From positions 544,001 through 608,000 of the forward strand of contig OY969559.1 in assembly GCA_963701075.1 (NCBI GenBank): 64,000 nt of DNA, written 5' to 3'. The stretch comes from an uncultured Nitrososphaerota archaeon. Lineage in GTDB: Archaea > Thermoproteota > Nitrososphaeria > Nitrososphaerales > Nitrosopumilaceae. The notes under the pieces are model-generated. The model saw only the letters and a program-made list of their open reading frames with translations, was not told the origin of the DNA and did no database searches. This document shows positions 1-11,286 of this stretch, piece after piece. Numbering within the stretch: the first letter of the stretch is position 1; each line of letters opens with the position of its first letter. The position numbers were made by a program, and so were the translations under genes.

Positions 1-873
1 TACCACACATCTCTGGTTCCGACGCCGCAGGAGATGTAGTTGCTGTTGGCGAAGATGTCACAGGTTTCAAAGTTGGTGACAAAGTTGTTTCTCACTCAAA
101 CATGTCCTGCAGAGTGTGTCAAGCATGCACTGACGGTCGTGAATATGATTGCCAGAAGAGAAGCATCTGGGGATTCCAGACAGGTCCTCTATGGGGTGCA
201 TTTTCTGAGCTTACTCATTTACCTGAAGTTAATGTAGCAAAGATTCCTGACGGTGTAAGTTATGATGAAGCGGCGGCAGCTTCAATGACATTACTTACTT
301 CTTGGCACATGTTAGTAGGCCGAGCAAAAATTCGACCAGGTCAAGTAGTCCTTATCATGGGAGGGGGTTCTGGTGTAGGAAGCTTTGGAATTCAAATTGC
401 AAAACTGTACAATTGTACTGTAATCTCAACCGCAAGTGGAGATAAACTAGACAAGCTAAAACAGACTTGGCGCAGATTATGCAGTAGACCACAGGAAAGA
501 AGACTGGAGCAAACAAGTAAGAGATATAGCAAAACCATACGGTGGCATCGATATCTCATTTGACCACATTGGTCAGACACACTGGAATGCTCAACTCACA
601 TTGCTAAAGTATGGTGGAACACTTGTTTCATGTGGTGCAACAACCGGATATGACGCAAAGACTGACTTGAGGCATATCTTCTTCAAAGGAACAAACATCC
701 TAGGTTCAACACAAGGAACAAAAGCTGAACTAGAGCATGGCCTGTTCTGGATGGGTAAAAAGAAGATAAAAGCTGTAATTGATTCTTCATATAGCTTTGA
801 AAATGCCGCAGAAGCACACACCAAAATGTTAACCGGTAAGGGACTCTTCGGCAAAATCTTATTGAAGCCATAG
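1..873 (+). CDS. Zn-dependent alcohol dehydrogenase / MDR family oxidoreductase (5' partial; apparent +1 frameshift at ~465)
   Basis: PHISGSD, CxxCxxC...C structural Zn site, GGGSGVG Rossmann motif. Removing one base in AG[a]CT at 465 joins ORF 102..563 to 601..873 (KQLGADYAVDHRK). Confidence 0.85.
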
Positions 874-886
874 TACCACCAACTTT

Positions 887-1747
887 ATGGCAAGACTCTT
901 ACGCAGTCTCCTGTTTGTACCAGGTAACAACCAACGTTTCTTAGAAAAAGCCAAGACACTTTCTGCTGACATTATTTGCTTTGATCTTGAAGATTCTGTA
1001 CCGCTTGAAGAAAAAAAATCTGCCAGAAATATCATCAAAGGGGCGCTGGAAAGACGCACAGACTATCAAGCTGAAATCTATGTCAGAACAAATTCACCAG
1101 TGTCAGGATTAATTGGAGAGGATCTTGCTGCAATTGTTCAGAAGGGAATTGATGGTATAGTTATACCAAAAGTCAATAATGCTAGTGAGATAAAAAAAAT
1201 AGAAAAAGTACTGGCAAATTTAGAAAAGAAGCGAAAATTGAAACCAATAGAGCTAATGGCATCTATCGAATCCACTGAAGGAGTAGTAAATGCATATTCC
1301 ATCGCATCTGCCAGCAAACGCGTATCTTCCCTGATATTTGGCGTCTTTGACCTGCTCAATGATTTGGGAATAGAATACACAAAACAAGCAGAGGGAGCAA
1401 AATACGCAAGGGCAAAGATTCCCATAGATGCCAGAGCAGCAGGGAAATATGCACTAGATGCAATCTGGCAGGACCTAAACGACGAGGCTGGCCTTGAGCA
1501 AGACTGTACTATGGCAAAGAACTTGGGCTATACAGGAAAAACCATTATTCACCCAAATCAGATTCAAACCACTCATAGAATATTTTATCCAACAAGTTCT
1601 GAGATTCAATGGGCAAAAAAAGTGATTGATGCATATGTATCAGCAAAGAAAAAGAAGAAAGGTGCAACAAAGGTGGAAGGAAAAATGATAGATGAGGTGC
1701 ACTTTAAGAGAGCACAAACATTACTCCAGTCTGTTAATTCTGCATGA
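887..1747 (+). CDS. CitE-like CoA ester lyase (HpcH/HpaI aldolase/citrate lyase beta family)
   Basis: RSLLFVPG, FDLEDSV, GKTIIHPNQI, GKMIDE motifs. Confidence 0.85.
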   Translation: MARLLRSLLFVPGNNQRFLEKAKTLSADIICFDLEDSVPLEEKKSARNIIKGALERRTDYQAEIYVRTNSPVSGLIGEDLAAIVQKGIDGIVIPKVNNASEIKKIEKVLANLEKKRKLKPIELMASIESTEGVVNAYSIASASKRVSSLIFGVFDLLNDLGIEYTKQAEGAKYARAKIPIDARAAGKYALDAIWQDLNDEAGLEQDCTMAKNLGYTGKTIIHPNQIQTTHRIFYPTSSEIQWAKKVIDAYVSAKKKKKGATKVEGKMIDEVHFKRAQTLLQSVNSA

Positions 1748-1812
1748 CCGTATAATGTACCAAAGACATATCCAACGATGAACATAAATCATGTTTAGTC
1801 CATAAAATCGTT

Positions 1813-2403
1813 ATGTTTACTGGAATTATTGAAGGGCTGGGCACGATAATACGATTTGATAAGAATACGAAAACCCGTAGCGAAGCAAAGATGATGGTAA
1901 ATCTTGGTAATCTTGCAAAGGGGCTCAGAGTTGGAGATAGTGTTGCAATAAACGGCGTATGCCTAACGGCGATACATATTGCAAAAGGCATGGCAAAATT
2001 TGAAATGGTTGGAGAGACAATAAAGAAAACCAACCTTGGCTCTTTAGAAAATGGCGATAGAGTAAATATAGAACGCAGTCTCAAGATGGGCGATCGACTA
2101 GAAGGGCATTTTGTGCTTGGACATGTTGACGGGTCTGGAATAATTTCAAAAATAAATAAACAACCCAATCAAGTCCAAATCTGGATAGAATTACCAAAAC
2201 AATTATCAAAATATGTAGCTAAAAAAGGATCTATAACAGTAGATGGTATTAGTTTGACGATAGTTGATAAAATAAAAAACAAATTCTCAGTTTCTATAAT
2301 TCCACATACTATGAAAGTAACAAATCTTGGACTGAAGAAAATTGGCGATAAAGTTAATATTGAAACTGATGTTCTTGGAAAGTATATTTTATCAAAAGAT
2401 TAA
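1813..2403 (+). CDS. ribC: Riboflavin synthase (bacterial-type alpha chain)
   Basis: MFTGII N-terminus, INGVCLT, GHFVLGHVDG, VDGISLT. Confidence 0.93.
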   Translation: MFTGIIEGLGTIIRFDKNTKTRSEAKMMVNLGNLAKGLRVGDSVAINGVCLTAIHIAKGMAKFEMVGETIKKTNLGSLENGDRVNIERSLKMGDRLEGHFVLGHVDGSGIISKINKQPNQVQIWIELPKQLSKYVAKKGSITVDGISLTIVDKIKNKFSVSIIPHTMKVTNLGLKKIGDKVNIETDVLGKYILSKD

Positions 2404-2476
2404 CTATTTACCACTTTTGTGGTAATAACCAATTTTGTAGTAAGATTTATAATTATAATTCCAAGCTGATCATATC

Positions 2477-3157
2477 ATGTCCTTAGAAGAAACTATAACT
2501 TCGCTGAAAAGAGGAGATTTTGTCTTACTTCATGATGGAAATACGCGAGAAAATGAGGTAGATATGGTAGTTGCTGCTGATTTTGTTACCCCTGAACATA
2601 TTGCAAGAATGCGACAGGATGCAGGCGGGCTCATTTGCTTATCCATAAACCATGCTTTTGCAAAAAATCTTGGCCTAAACTATATGCATGATATACTTTC
2701 TAATTCTCAGAATATTGATGCAGAATCCAAAAGGATGATTATTGGAAAAGCACCATATGGAGACAGACCGTCATTTTCAATCTCAATTAATCATCAAAGT
2801 ACCTATACTGGAGTTACGGACAGAGATAGAGCACTGACAATGTCAGAAATAGCTCGTCTATACAAAAGCCCAAATAAAAACAAGAAGGAAATTTTTAATT
2901 CAAGTTTTAAAACACCTGGTCATGTTTCCATTCTCATTGCATCAGAAGGACTATTATCTAGTAGATTGGGACATACGGAGATGTCAGTTTATTTGGCCAC
3001 TCTTGCAGGTTTGTCGCCTGTGACTGTTATTTGTGAAATGTTAGATTCAGAAACATATGGAGCACTTTCTACTGAAAAGGCAAAAAAATACGCAAAGCAA
3101 AATGCCATACCATATTTTGACGGTAGCAAACTTGTAGAATACGCCAAGGAGCATTAA
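2477..3157 (+). CDS. ribB: 3,4-dihydroxy-2-butanone 4-phosphate synthase
   Basis: RENEVD, TGVTDRDRA, PGHV, RLGHTE, CEML motifs; riboflavin cluster. Confidence 0.93.
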   Translation: MSLEETITSLKRGDFVLLHDGNTRENEVDMVVAADFVTPEHIARMRQDAGGLICLSINHAFAKNLGLNYMHDILSNSQNIDAESKRMIIGKAPYGDRPSFSISINHQSTYTGVTDRDRALTMSEIARLYKSPNKNKKEIFNSSFKTPGHVSILIASEGLLSSRLGHTEMSVYLATLAGLSPVTVICEMLDSETYGALSTEKAKKYAKQNAIPYFDGSKLVEYAKEH

Positions 3158-3159
3158 TT

Positions 3160-3570
3160 TTGAATATTGCAATTGTTGTAGCAGAATTCAACGATGAAGT
3201 AACCTCAAAAATGCTCGAGGTAGCGCTTGAAAAGGCAAGATCTCTCAAGATGACAATAACTCATATCTGCAAGGTTCCAGGCGTATTTGATATGCCTCTT
3301 GTAATAGATATCTTACTGAAAAAGAAAGAGGTTGATGCCGTAATAACACTTGGCGCAGTAATAAAAGGTCAAACAAAACATGATGAGCTTATTGCAAATG
3401 TTGTGGCAAAAGCATTAACTGAGCTATCATTGAAGTATCAAAAACCAATTTCTCTTGGAATAACAGGTCCTGGTATGAGTGATAGACAAGCTCATCAGCG
3501 AATAAGGCCAGTTGCAGAAAGGGCTGTGGAGGCTACACAAAAAATATTTGATGAATTAAAAAAGATTTGA
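3160..3570 (+). CDS. ribH: 6,7-dimethyl-8-ribityllumazine synthase
   Basis: IVVAEFN, VPGVFDMP, LGAVIKGQTKHD. Confidence 0.93.
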   Translation: MNIAIVVAEFNDEVTSKMLEVALEKARSLKMTITHICKVPGVFDMPLVIDILLKKKEVDAVITLGAVIKGQTKHDELIANVVAKALTELSLKYQKPISLGITGPGMSDRQAHQRIRPVAERAVEATQKIFDELKKI

Positions 3571-3571
3571 A

Positions 3572-4324
3572 ATGATTCAACTTACTATACTGAAAATAAC
3601 AGGATACGGCCCATGGACTCTTACTTTGGGAAGTGACAGGGAACACAGGCTTCAGATGCTCCAGTCATCACTATACAAGGAGATTCAAAATCTGTTTTCA
3701 GAGAAGAACTGTCTTGCCTTTCCTAACAGATTCGATGAGATTTTTGTCATCACAAATGGACTCACAATAAGGGATCATGTGGAAATTCAAGAAAAGTTGT
3801 CAAAACTCTTCGATCTAGGCCTATCAATGACAATAGGACAAGGAGGGACTCCCTTTGAAGCAAACTCAAACGCAGATAATGCACGAAGGGCAAATCTTGT
3901 TTTGGACAAGGAACACAATATTTTCGGACAATCCCTGCAAAATGGCGACGACCTAGTACAGGTAATACACATGGACGTAGATGGCTCTACATCCATTTCG
4001 GCCAAGAAATCCCCCTATGAGGTTTCATCGCTTATACTCAAACTGTACTCAGAGATGTCTGAATTTTTTCTAAAAAAGAACTCTCTTACATTCTTTATGG
4101 GCGGAGATAATTTTATGATAGTTAGTTCATCTGTTGAGCAAGAAACCATATCTGAATTTCTTGAATTGATAAAAGGGCGTCATGGCATATCGTTTAATTG
4201 CGGTATAGGAACTGCAAGGACAGGACGAGACGCAGCAAAGCTAGCAACCAAATCGCTTGACAAAATACGAGAGATTCGCGATTCTGGTAAAAATGAACAG
4301 AGAATTCTTGAGCTTACATGTTAA
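3572..4324 (+). CDS. gch3: GTP cyclohydrolase III (IIa)
   Basis: YGPWTLTLGSDRE, RFDE, GGDNF motifs. Confidence 0.9.
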   Translation: MIQLTILKITGYGPWTLTLGSDREHRLQMLQSSLYKEIQNLFSEKNCLAFPNRFDEIFVITNGLTIRDHVEIQEKLSKLFDLGLSMTIGQGGTPFEANSNADNARRANLVLDKEHNIFGQSLQNGDDLVQVIHMDVDGSTSISAKKSPYEVSSLILKLYSEMSEFFLKKNSLTFFMGGDNFMIVSSSVEQETISEFLELIKGRHGISFNCGIGTARTGRDAAKLATKSLDKIREIRDSGKNEQRILELTC

Positions 4325-5508
4325 TACGAAATGTTAGTCTTCTTTATGGCAAAGACCTGGATTATATTGTTAAAACAAACGTAAGAATTTCTAAAAAATA
4401 TATTGAATCAATAGGAGAAGGCCTGATACCTCACAGTAAAGAGAAAGTTATTGATTGCGAGGGTCTCTTGATGATGCCTAGTTTTGTTAATTCACATACT
4501 CACATAGGAGATTCTATAGGAAAGGATGTAGGAATCAATTCAGATGTGGAATCAAAGATTCACCCTGTAAGTGGATTTAAACAAAGAATTCTCAAAAATT
4601 CAGAGATCTCTCATCTTACAAATTTTATTAGAAATTCTTGTATTGCTATGATTCGAAAAGGAATAACCACCTTTATTGACTTTAGAGAGGGAGGCCTCGA
4701 AGGAGTCAAAATACTGAAAAACGCATCATCTAAAATTCCTATAAGACCAATAGTTTTGGGCAGAATAAATTATTATCAAGATTCTAAATTAATCAAGAAA
4801 AATGATTTTCTGCCAGAATCAAAAAAGACAGATCTTAAAAATCTTATAAAAAATTGTGATGGCTTAGGAATCAGTGGACCAAATGAGTTCAGCGATTCTG
4901 TCCTGAAATATTTCTCAAAACAGAAAAGCATGCGTGCGATTCACTCTGCAGAGACCGAGGAAAGCAATAGTATATCAAAAAAAATAACACAAAAAACAGA
5001 AACCCAGAGGGCTTTGCTTGCAAAACCAAACCTGCTCATTCATATGACATATGCCTCAAAAAGTGACCTTCTGCTTGCTGCCGGAAATAAAGTGGGTGTT
5101 GTAGTATGTCCACGCGCAAATGGTGCCCTTGCTGAGGGCATACCGGACATTAGTCTGATGATGAAAGCAGGATGTAATCTTACGATTGGCACGGATAATG
5201 TAATGATAAACTCTCCTGACATGTTCAGGGAGATGGACTATCTCTGGAAAGTTTCTATGGGCATGAACAAAACGCGAATATCTCCAAAATCTATACTAAA
5301 AATGGCAACGGTTAATGCCACAAATACACTTGGCAATAAAGTTGGAACTATTCAAAGAAATAGCTTTGCAGATTGTATATTCATAGAAAAACATGCAATT
5401 GATCTGGAACCCATGCATAATCCTTACGCGGCTATTGTACATCGCGCATCAGAGAGCACAATTAGAGCAGTAATGTTTGAGGGAGAACTAGTACATGGCA
5501 AATTCTAA
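4318..5508 (+). CDS. Metal-dependent amidohydrolase (TIM-barrel)
   Basis: NSHTHIGD, DFREGG, IHSAE, CPRAN, GTDN. Confidence 0.85.
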   Translation: MLIRNVSLLYGKDLDYIVKTNVRISKKYIESIGEGLIPHSKEKVIDCEGLLMMPSFVNSHTHIGDSIGKDVGINSDVESKIHPVSGFKQRILKNSEISHLTNFIRNSCIAMIRKGITTFIDFREGGLEGVKILKNASSKIPIRPIVLGRINYYQDSKLIKKNDFLPESKKTDLKNLIKNCDGLGISGPNEFSDSVLKYFSKQKSMRAIHSAETEESNSISKKITQKTETQRALLAKPNLLIHMTYASKSDLLLAAGNKVGVVVCPRANGALAEGIPDISLMMKAGCNLTIGTDNVMINSPDMFREMDYLWKVSMGMNKTRISPKSILKMATVNATNTLGNKVGTIQRNSFADCIFIEKHAIDLEPMHNPYAAIVHRASESTIRAVMFEGELVHGKF

Positions 5509-6142
5509 ACCATATGTTATCTTGAATGCAGCTATGAGCATAGATGGAAAGATAGCTACACGTAAGGGAAAATCAAAATTTTCTTCAAGCAAAGATCTTG
5601 CGCGTGTTCATAGACTTCGTGGTAGTGTAGATGCTATACTAGTTGGAAGAAATACTGTATCTGTAGACAACCCCTCTCTTACGGTAAGACATGTAAAAGG
5701 TAGAAACCCAATTAGAATAATTCTTGATCCTAAAGCAACAATTTCTTCTAACTCAAAAATTGTAAAAACCTCCAAGAAGATCCCCACTATGGTAATAGTA
5801 TCAGAAATTGCACCAGCAAGGCATGTATCTCTTCTCACAAAGAAAGGATTGGAAGTGATCAAGTGTGGTAAAATCAGAATTGATCTCAAAAAACTGTTAT
5901 CGATCTTAGCAAAGCGAGGCATCAGAAAGATACTCGTTGAGGGTGGAGGGACAACTAACTGGTATTTCTTAAAAGAAAAACTAATTGATGAAATTATTGT
6001 AACTGTCACTCCATACGTGGTTGGTGGCAAAGAATCTATCTCCCTAGTCGAAGGACATGGATTTGACAATATATCATATCCCTTAAAACTAACGCACGTC
6101 AAAAAGGTGGGCGACGAGATAGTTTTACACTATATCACTTAG
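5495..6142 (+). CDS. arfC: 2,5-diamino-6-ribosylamino-4(3H)-pyrimidinone 5'-phosphate reductase (RibD C-terminal-like)
   Basis: AMSIDGKIA, DAILVG, DNPSLTVR, VEGGG. Confidence 0.88.
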   Translation: MANSKPYVILNAAMSIDGKIATRKGKSKFSSSKDLARVHRLRGSVDAILVGRNTVSVDNPSLTVRHVKGRNPIRIILDPKATISSNSKIVKTSKKIPTMVIVSEIAPARHVSLLTKKGLEVIKCGKIRIDLKKLLSILAKRGIRKILVEGGGTTNWYFLKEKLIDEIIVTVTPYVVGGKESISLVEGHGFDNISYPLKLTHVKKVGDEIVLHYIT

Positions 6143-6648
6143 TGTTTCAAGTCATCACGTAACTGATCAATTTTTACTTGCATTGCTTTTTTCAGCTTGT
6201 CATTTTTTGAAAGGTTAACAAGCTTTCCACAGGTAGGGCACTTGAAGGACAGGTCTAAAGCTTTTTCAAACGTTAATTTTTGACAGTCCATGTTGCCACA
6301 ATGATAAAAATCTGCAGAATTCTCATAATCGAGCCTTTGTTGTAGCCTCTCGACAATCTTTTTCTTCTGGTTTCCTATGAAATTGTCTACTTCGTCTCTT
6401 CTGGCTCTCCATCTGTAAACAAACCATCCTTTCTTTTCGTCCTTTACCCTTATTCCAGTTATCAGGGCTTTTCCAAAAAGGTCATACAGCACCTTTCTGA
6501 CAATGTTGATTCTAAGACCCGTAGAGTCTGCAATCTCCTCATCCGTTGCATCCTCTGTATTTAGTAGGGAACGAGCCACCTTTAGATATTCATCGCCGCC
6601 AATCAAGGCAGCTATTTTAACAAAAGGATCTTCATGCTCTACATTCAT
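6139..6648 (-). CDS. tfe: Transcription factor E (TFIIE alpha)
   Basis: wHTH (TDEEIA...VRKVLY...GWFVYRW) plus Zn ribbon (FKCPTCG). Confidence 0.9.
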   Translation of the reverse strand: MNVEHEDPFVKIAALIGGDEYLKVARSLLNTEDATDEEIADSTGLRINIVRKVLYDLFGKALITGIRVKDEKKGWFVYRWRARRDEVDNFIGNQKKKIVERLQQRLDYENSADFYHCGNMDCQKLTFEKALDLSFKCPTCGKLVNLSKNDKLKKAMQVKIDQLRDDLKH

Positions 6649-6675
6649 GTCAAAATCTTTCCTCTTCTCTCATAT

Positions 6676-7206
6676 TTAATCAATGGTTTTATTCATTACT
6701 CTTTTTCCCTTTTTTGTAGGAATTATTTCACGCTGCGCATTGCCAAGTTTCTTTTGTAGTTGTTTTCCATCTAGTATTCTATCAAGCAAGATGGCTAATG
6801 CCGATATTTCTGAATGAGGTTGGTTCCCTATCGCTATGTTATAATCTGCAATATCGTAAACTTCTCTTGGTACCTTTTCTGCCCCCACCACAACCAAGAT
6901 CTTGTCTTCTTTTTTTAGTTCAGTTTCTATCGTATTGATATTTTCACCATACATTGTTAGATGGACAATTTTGTACAAATCAGATTTCTTAGATCTGAGA
7001 GCTTTCTTCCAATCCTCAATGATTTCCACTTGAAAATCACCCCCCCACATTTTGTTTACTTTGGAAACAGTGTCTTTTATCTCTGGATTGGCGTCATACA
7101 TCAATATTTTTGATGCACCAAATGCTCTTGACACAAGGGCAACATGAGTGGTTACTCTGTCATCCCTTACCAATCTCTGGCCTATTCGTAAAACTTCAAT
7201 CTTCAT
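6676..7206 (-). CDS. trm56: tRNA (cytidine(56)-2'-O)-methyltransferase
   Basis: [36 protein letters not shown]. Confidence 0.93.
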   Translation of the reverse strand: MKIEVLRIGQRLVRDDRVTTHVALVSRAFGASKILMYDANPEIKDTVSKVNKMWGGDFQVEIIEDWKKALRSKKSDLYKIVHLTMYGENINTIETELKKEDKILVVVGAEKVPREVYDIADYNIAIGNQPHSEISALAILLDRILDGKQLQKKLGNAQREIIPTKKGKRVMNKTID

Positions 7207-8323
7207 GGTTGATTTTTATTTCTTGTTTTGCTATTTCATTTTTCTCATTCAATAAGGGATGATTTTCTAGTATGTTGTAAATGAGGTTCTCAAGGGCCGG
7301 AATGTTTTTGCCCGTTGCCGCTGATACGGGCAGACATTTTTTATTCTCTTTCAAGCCCAGTTGATCTGCCTTTTCAATAATCTCTTCTTCTGAAACCAAG
7401 TCTGACTTGTTTAGAGCAAAAATTATCTTATCTTGATTTACACCTATTTCATCAAGGGTAGACACGCAACTTCTGAACTTCTTTTTTAATTCTGGAAAGG
7501 GATCGCTTGAATCTATTACCACTATTACAATATCTGTGTAAACTAATTCCTCAAGAGTAGACTTGAACGCATCAATCATGTATGCTGGAAGCTTGCTTAT
7601 GAAGCCAACCGTGTCAGATATCAGTATCTCAGTACCGCGTAACACTATTTTTCTTGTGGTTGTTGAAAGGGTAGTGAAGAGCTTCGGACTTTCTTCTTTT
7701 TGCTCTCCAGTCAATGTGTTAAACAATGTAGTTTTTCCAGCCGATGTGTATCCAGCAAGAGAAATGGTCTTAAATCCAATTCTTTTTCTTGCCTGCCTGT
7801 GAAGTTCGCGCTGTTTTGACGACTTGACTAGTCTAGACTTGGTGTTATTCATTCTATTTTTGATATCATTATGGTACACGTCTACTTCGAATTTTCCAAT
7901 GCCCATAAAGCCTGGCTGCTCTCCCATCTTTGCAAGCCTTACCCGTTCCTTGGCTCTTGACATCTCGTATCTTAGATGGGCCAACTTGACTTGCAGCATT
8001 GATTCCGAACTTTTGGCTCTGCGTTGGAAAATTTCCAATATCAGCATTTCCCTGTCTAGAATTTTGGTTTTGAGAGTAGATGCAAGATTGTAATTCTGGC
8101 TGGGCCTTAGTATTTCGTCATATATTATAACATCTGGCCTTAAGGAACCGATAAACTCCTTGAGTTCCTCAACCTTTCCCTCTCCTAGTCCAAATTTAGA
8201 TCTGTTAAGGAATTTTTGTCGTATTATTTTTTTTATCTCATAGCCTGCGGCATCACAAAGAGCAATGGCCTCCTTGACAACGTCCTCTTTATCGTATGTT
8301 ATCAGGATGGCAGAATCTTTCAA
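7196..8323 (-). CDS. hflX: GTPase HflX
   Basis: [28 protein letters not shown]. Confidence 0.92.
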   Translation of the reverse strand: MKDSAILITYDKEDVVKEAIALCDAAGYEIKKIIRQKFLNRSKFGLGEGKVEELKEFIGSLRPDVIIYDEILRPSQNYNLASTLKTKILDREMLILEIFQRRAKSSESMLQVKLAHLRYEMSRAKERVRLAKMGEQPGFMGIGKFEVDVYHNDIKNRMNNTKSRLVKSSKQRELHRQARKRIGFKTISLAGYTSAGKTTLFNTLTGEQKEESPKLFTTLSTTTRKIVLRGTEILISDTVGFISKLPAYMIDAFKSTLEELVYTDIVIVVIDSSDPFPELKKKFRSCVSTLDEIGVNQDKIIFALNKSDLVSEEEIIEKADQLGLKENKKCLPVSAATGKNIPALENLIYNILENHPLLNEKNEIAKQEIKINHED

Positions 8324-8348
8324 TATGTACAGTCCTTTTTTTCGTATA

Positions 8349-9404
8349 TCATTGCCTTCGCAGACTCTTTTCTATGGTCATATTCATTACGATTTCAGCA
8401 ATATCGCTGGCGTATTCCGCTATTCTACGTATGTTTTCGTTCATTCGCCTAACGCGGTATATCTCTTCGTCATCTCTGAGTGACTTGATGCTGTCTAGGA
8501 TTTTTTTTTCATACTTGGAAATTTCAGCGCTCTTTTCCACTGTACGCTCTGCCTGATTGAAATCCCTCTTGAAAAGAGATAGACAAGCTTCATCAAGCAC
8601 AGTTAGTGCAAATGTATTCAATTCCTGAATTGGTTCAAGTACTGACTTTTTGATAGGTTTTTTAAATTCTCGAAGATCCTTGGCTAATTCTGTGGCATGG
8701 TCTCCAACACGTTCAATGTTTTTAACAATTAATCTATAGCCCAGGCAATGGTGTGGGCTCTCTATTCCCATCTCCTTTAACATATGCTCGTTTTGAATTG
8801 CAATTTTTAGCTGTCGTATTATGTAGAAACTAAATCTATCAACTTCATCATCGCTATCGATAACTTCCTCTGCCAAGTCATAGTTGGCTTCTTCTAAAGC
8901 AAGTAATGCGTCATTTTGCATGGATTTTGCAATTATCAACATTCTCTTTAATGCACCATCCACTGAAAGCTCAAAGAGATTTATCAGAACCTGAATGGTA
9001 AGTCCCTCTGTTGAATCTGCAATGATCTCAGTACCCATTAAAATTCCCTTTACTGCCTCCTTGACAGCATTTCTCTGAGACGGTTTTAGTCTTCCAATTT
9101 TTGGTTTAACGTTTATGATGTTAAAGCCAAGCAAGTATAACGAAATAAGCTTCCTGATAATTACAGCGCCCTCATCCTCTGGTTTTATCTCAATAGTTGC
9201 ATCTTCTGTAACCACAGGTTTGTTGTGGTGCTTTAGTGGAACAATCTGCAATGTGGAAATTCCCTGTCGAACTACGGCCACTTGATCTCCCTGTTTTAAT
9301 CCCATATCGGCAACCCATTGTTTTGGAAGTGAAACAATATAGGAAGACTTGCCGGTGAACTGTATTTTTCTCATCTCTTCGGTATTTCCCATATAGTATT
9401 GCAT
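8349..9404 (-). CDS. Phosphate uptake regulator, AbrB + tandem PhoU domains
   Basis: [19 protein letters not shown] AbrB N-terminus; DDEVDR, ERVGDHA, RRIAEYA PhoU repeats. True start may be 9392. Confidence 0.88.
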   Translation of the reverse strand: MQYYMGNTEEMRKIQFTGKSSYIVSLPKQWVADMGLKQGDQVAVVRQGISTLQIVPLKHHNKPVVTEDATIEIKPEDEGAVIIRKLISLYLLGFNIINVKPKIGRLKPSQRNAVKEAVKGILMGTEIIADSTEGLTIQVLINLFELSVDGALKRMLIIAKSMQNDALLALEEANYDLAEEVIDSDDEVDRFSFYIIRQLKIAIQNEHMLKEMGIESPHHCLGYRLIVKNIERVGDHATELAKDLREFKKPIKKSVLEPIQELNTFALTVLDEACLSLFKRDFNQAERTVEKSAEISKYEKKILDSIKSLRDDEEIYRVRRMNENIRRIAEYASDIAEIVMNMTIEKSLRRQ

Positions 9405-9415
9405 TATGATCTGTT

Positions 9416-9447
9416 CTATATAGTTCTTCAGTTATACTATATAGTAT
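9416..9447. promoter_or_regulatory. Putative operator: CTATATAG boxes upstream of the PhoU regulator
   Basis: CTATATAG at 9416-9423 and a perfect 14-bp palindrome ATACTATATAGTAT at 9434-9447. Confidence 0.4.
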
Positions 9448-9497
9448 GATACTCATTATAAAAATAATTATGGGGCTTTGCAAATGACAAGTTAGAG

Positions 9498-9956
9498 ATG
9501 GACTCCATTTTGAAGATCAAGTATACCCTTGATGCTCTTTTTGGTATTGGTGTATCAAAATACCTGCCAAAAGATGTTAGATTCACTTATTCAAAAAAAA
9601 CTGGTAGAATCCAACATGTGTATCAAAATGATATGCTATTGTGTACATTACGAATAGACGGCGGGCTTGCAATCACTCCAAATTTTGCCCAAATGCTAAT
9701 GAAAAGCAAGAAATTTCGAGAAAACTGTGTGGAAGTAGACGATGATTCAAAGCCATTTGTTGAAAATGGTAACTCGGTCTTTTGCAGTCATATTACACGG
9801 TGTGGCAAGAATATCCTAATTGGCTCTGATGTTCCGGTTTTACACGGGAATAAAGTTATTGCCGTCGGTAGAGCCATTCTTTCGTCAAAAATGATGAGTT
9901 CTTTGAAGAGAGGGGTTGCTGTGAAGATCAGAGATAGTTTAAAAAGTCTAGATTGA
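9498..9956 (+). CDS. PUA-domain protein (TGT C-terminal-like)
   Basis: SKKTGRI, TLRIDGG, GNSVFC, AVGRA, GVAVKIR. Confidence 0.8.
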   Translation: MDSILKIKYTLDALFGIGVSKYLPKDVRFTYSKKTGRIQHVYQNDMLLCTLRIDGGLAITPNFAQMLMKSKKFRENCVEVDDDSKPFVENGNSVFCSHITRCGKNILIGSDVPVLHGNKVIAVGRAILSSKMMSSLKRGVAVKIRDSLKSLD

Positions 9957-9972
9957 GGAATATGAGTAGAAA

Positions 9973-10314
9973 ATGATGCGTGGCGGAAACCGAGAAATGC
10001 GTAGGATGTTGGATAGGATGGGCCTAGAAATGAAGGAGCTCAATAATGTTCAGGAGGTTATAATCAAGACTGATACAAAGGAGATTATAATTGCCAAGCC
10101 AGCTGTTACAGAAATGAAGGCAAAAGACAACTCTATCTTTCAAGTAATTGCTGAAAGTTATGAAGAAAGAGAACTAGAAGTACCAGTCTTTAGCCAAGAT
10201 GACATAATGCTTGTGGCACAACAAGCCAATGTTTCGCCAGAAGAAGCAACCAAAGCACTGACTGAAGTTAAGGGTGATCTAGCAAGAGCGATACTCTTGT
10301 TGACAACTAAATGA
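9973..10314 (+). CDS. nac: Nascent polypeptide-associated complex protein
   Basis: MRRMLDRMG NAC domain and C-terminal UBA-like GDLARAIL. Confidence 0.92.
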   Translation: MMRGGNREMRRMLDRMGLEMKELNNVQEVIIKTDTKEIIIAKPAVTEMKAKDNSIFQVIAESYEERELEVPVFSQDDIMLVAQQANVSPEEATKALTEVKGDLARAILLLTTK

Positions 10315-10403
10315 GCTCCGTTGATCAACAATAGAATACAAAAAAACTTTAAATTTTCAAAGAAAGCAGGCTAGTCATAGCGTATCAAACACAAAGTAAC
10401 ATT

Positions 10404-11030
10404 GTGGTTGCGACTGTATATGGTAGATCTTATTTTAAATTCGTAAATACGCTAAAAAATCTAAAATTAGATTATGACTCTGTCCTGCCAGAAGAAATTA
10501 CAAATTCTGATAGGAGATTAATCCTTACGACAGTTAGAGAATCGTCTAAAATACCAAGCAATCTTGTTCTATTTGATGATGAATTTGATCATGATCCTAC
10601 GATAGTACGGGGTAGAATAGTGCAAAAACTGGAATCAGGAATTCATCATAGTTCATTAATAATAGGAATTGATCCTGGTAACAGAATAGGGCTTTCTGTG
10701 TTTTATTATGAGAAGGAGATAGAGAGCTCTATTTACACATCAGTTGACGACCTGATCTCTCATATAGTAAAAGTTCTTGTTGGACTGAATGCAGAACAAA
10801 AAGTAGTCAAGGTAGGAAATGGAAATATGCAAATTGCAAAACAGATAGCCAATTTGCTAAATCTTCGCTTCTGTTCCCATTTTGAATTAGAATTTGTTGA
10901 TGAACGCAGAACATCACTTAGGGTTAAGAACTATAACAAGCGAGGAATACGTGACAAGTTATCTGCAAGATACATTACTCAAAGAGAGGGATATCGTCAT
11001 CTTGTACTGCCTCTTTCAAGAATAGGGTAA
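10404..11030 (+). CDS. Conserved protein with RNase H-like (YqgF/RuvC-like) domain
   Basis: IIGIDPG, GNG, FVDERRTS, D..SA motifs. Confidence 0.6.
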   Translation: MVATVYGRSYFKFVNTLKNLKLDYDSVLPEEITNSDRRLILTTVRESSKIPSNLVLFDDEFDHDPTIVRGRIVQKLESGIHHSSLIIGIDPGNRIGLSVFYYEKEIESSIYTSVDDLISHIVKVLVGLNAEQKVVKVGNGNMQIAKQIANLLNLRFCSHFELEFVDERRTSLRVKNYNKRGIRDKLSARYITQREGYRHLVLPLSRIG

Positions 11031-11286
11031 CAAAATCAAAAAGCGATCAGGCATCTTTAAATACATGCTCGAAAAAGTTGTTCAAAATTTGGGGAATCTT
11101 GATTTTTAAAATAACATACATATTTATAGAACATTTCCTCGTTTTTTCTGAAAACTGTTGCCCTGATCTTGGAAGATACATGTAATTTCTATAAAAAATA
11201 GCACTCTAAACTATAAAAATTTCTGATCCATGCTTAAATCGTACTATTACTATATGAAATTACACAAGGTAAAAAGTGACTATAGA

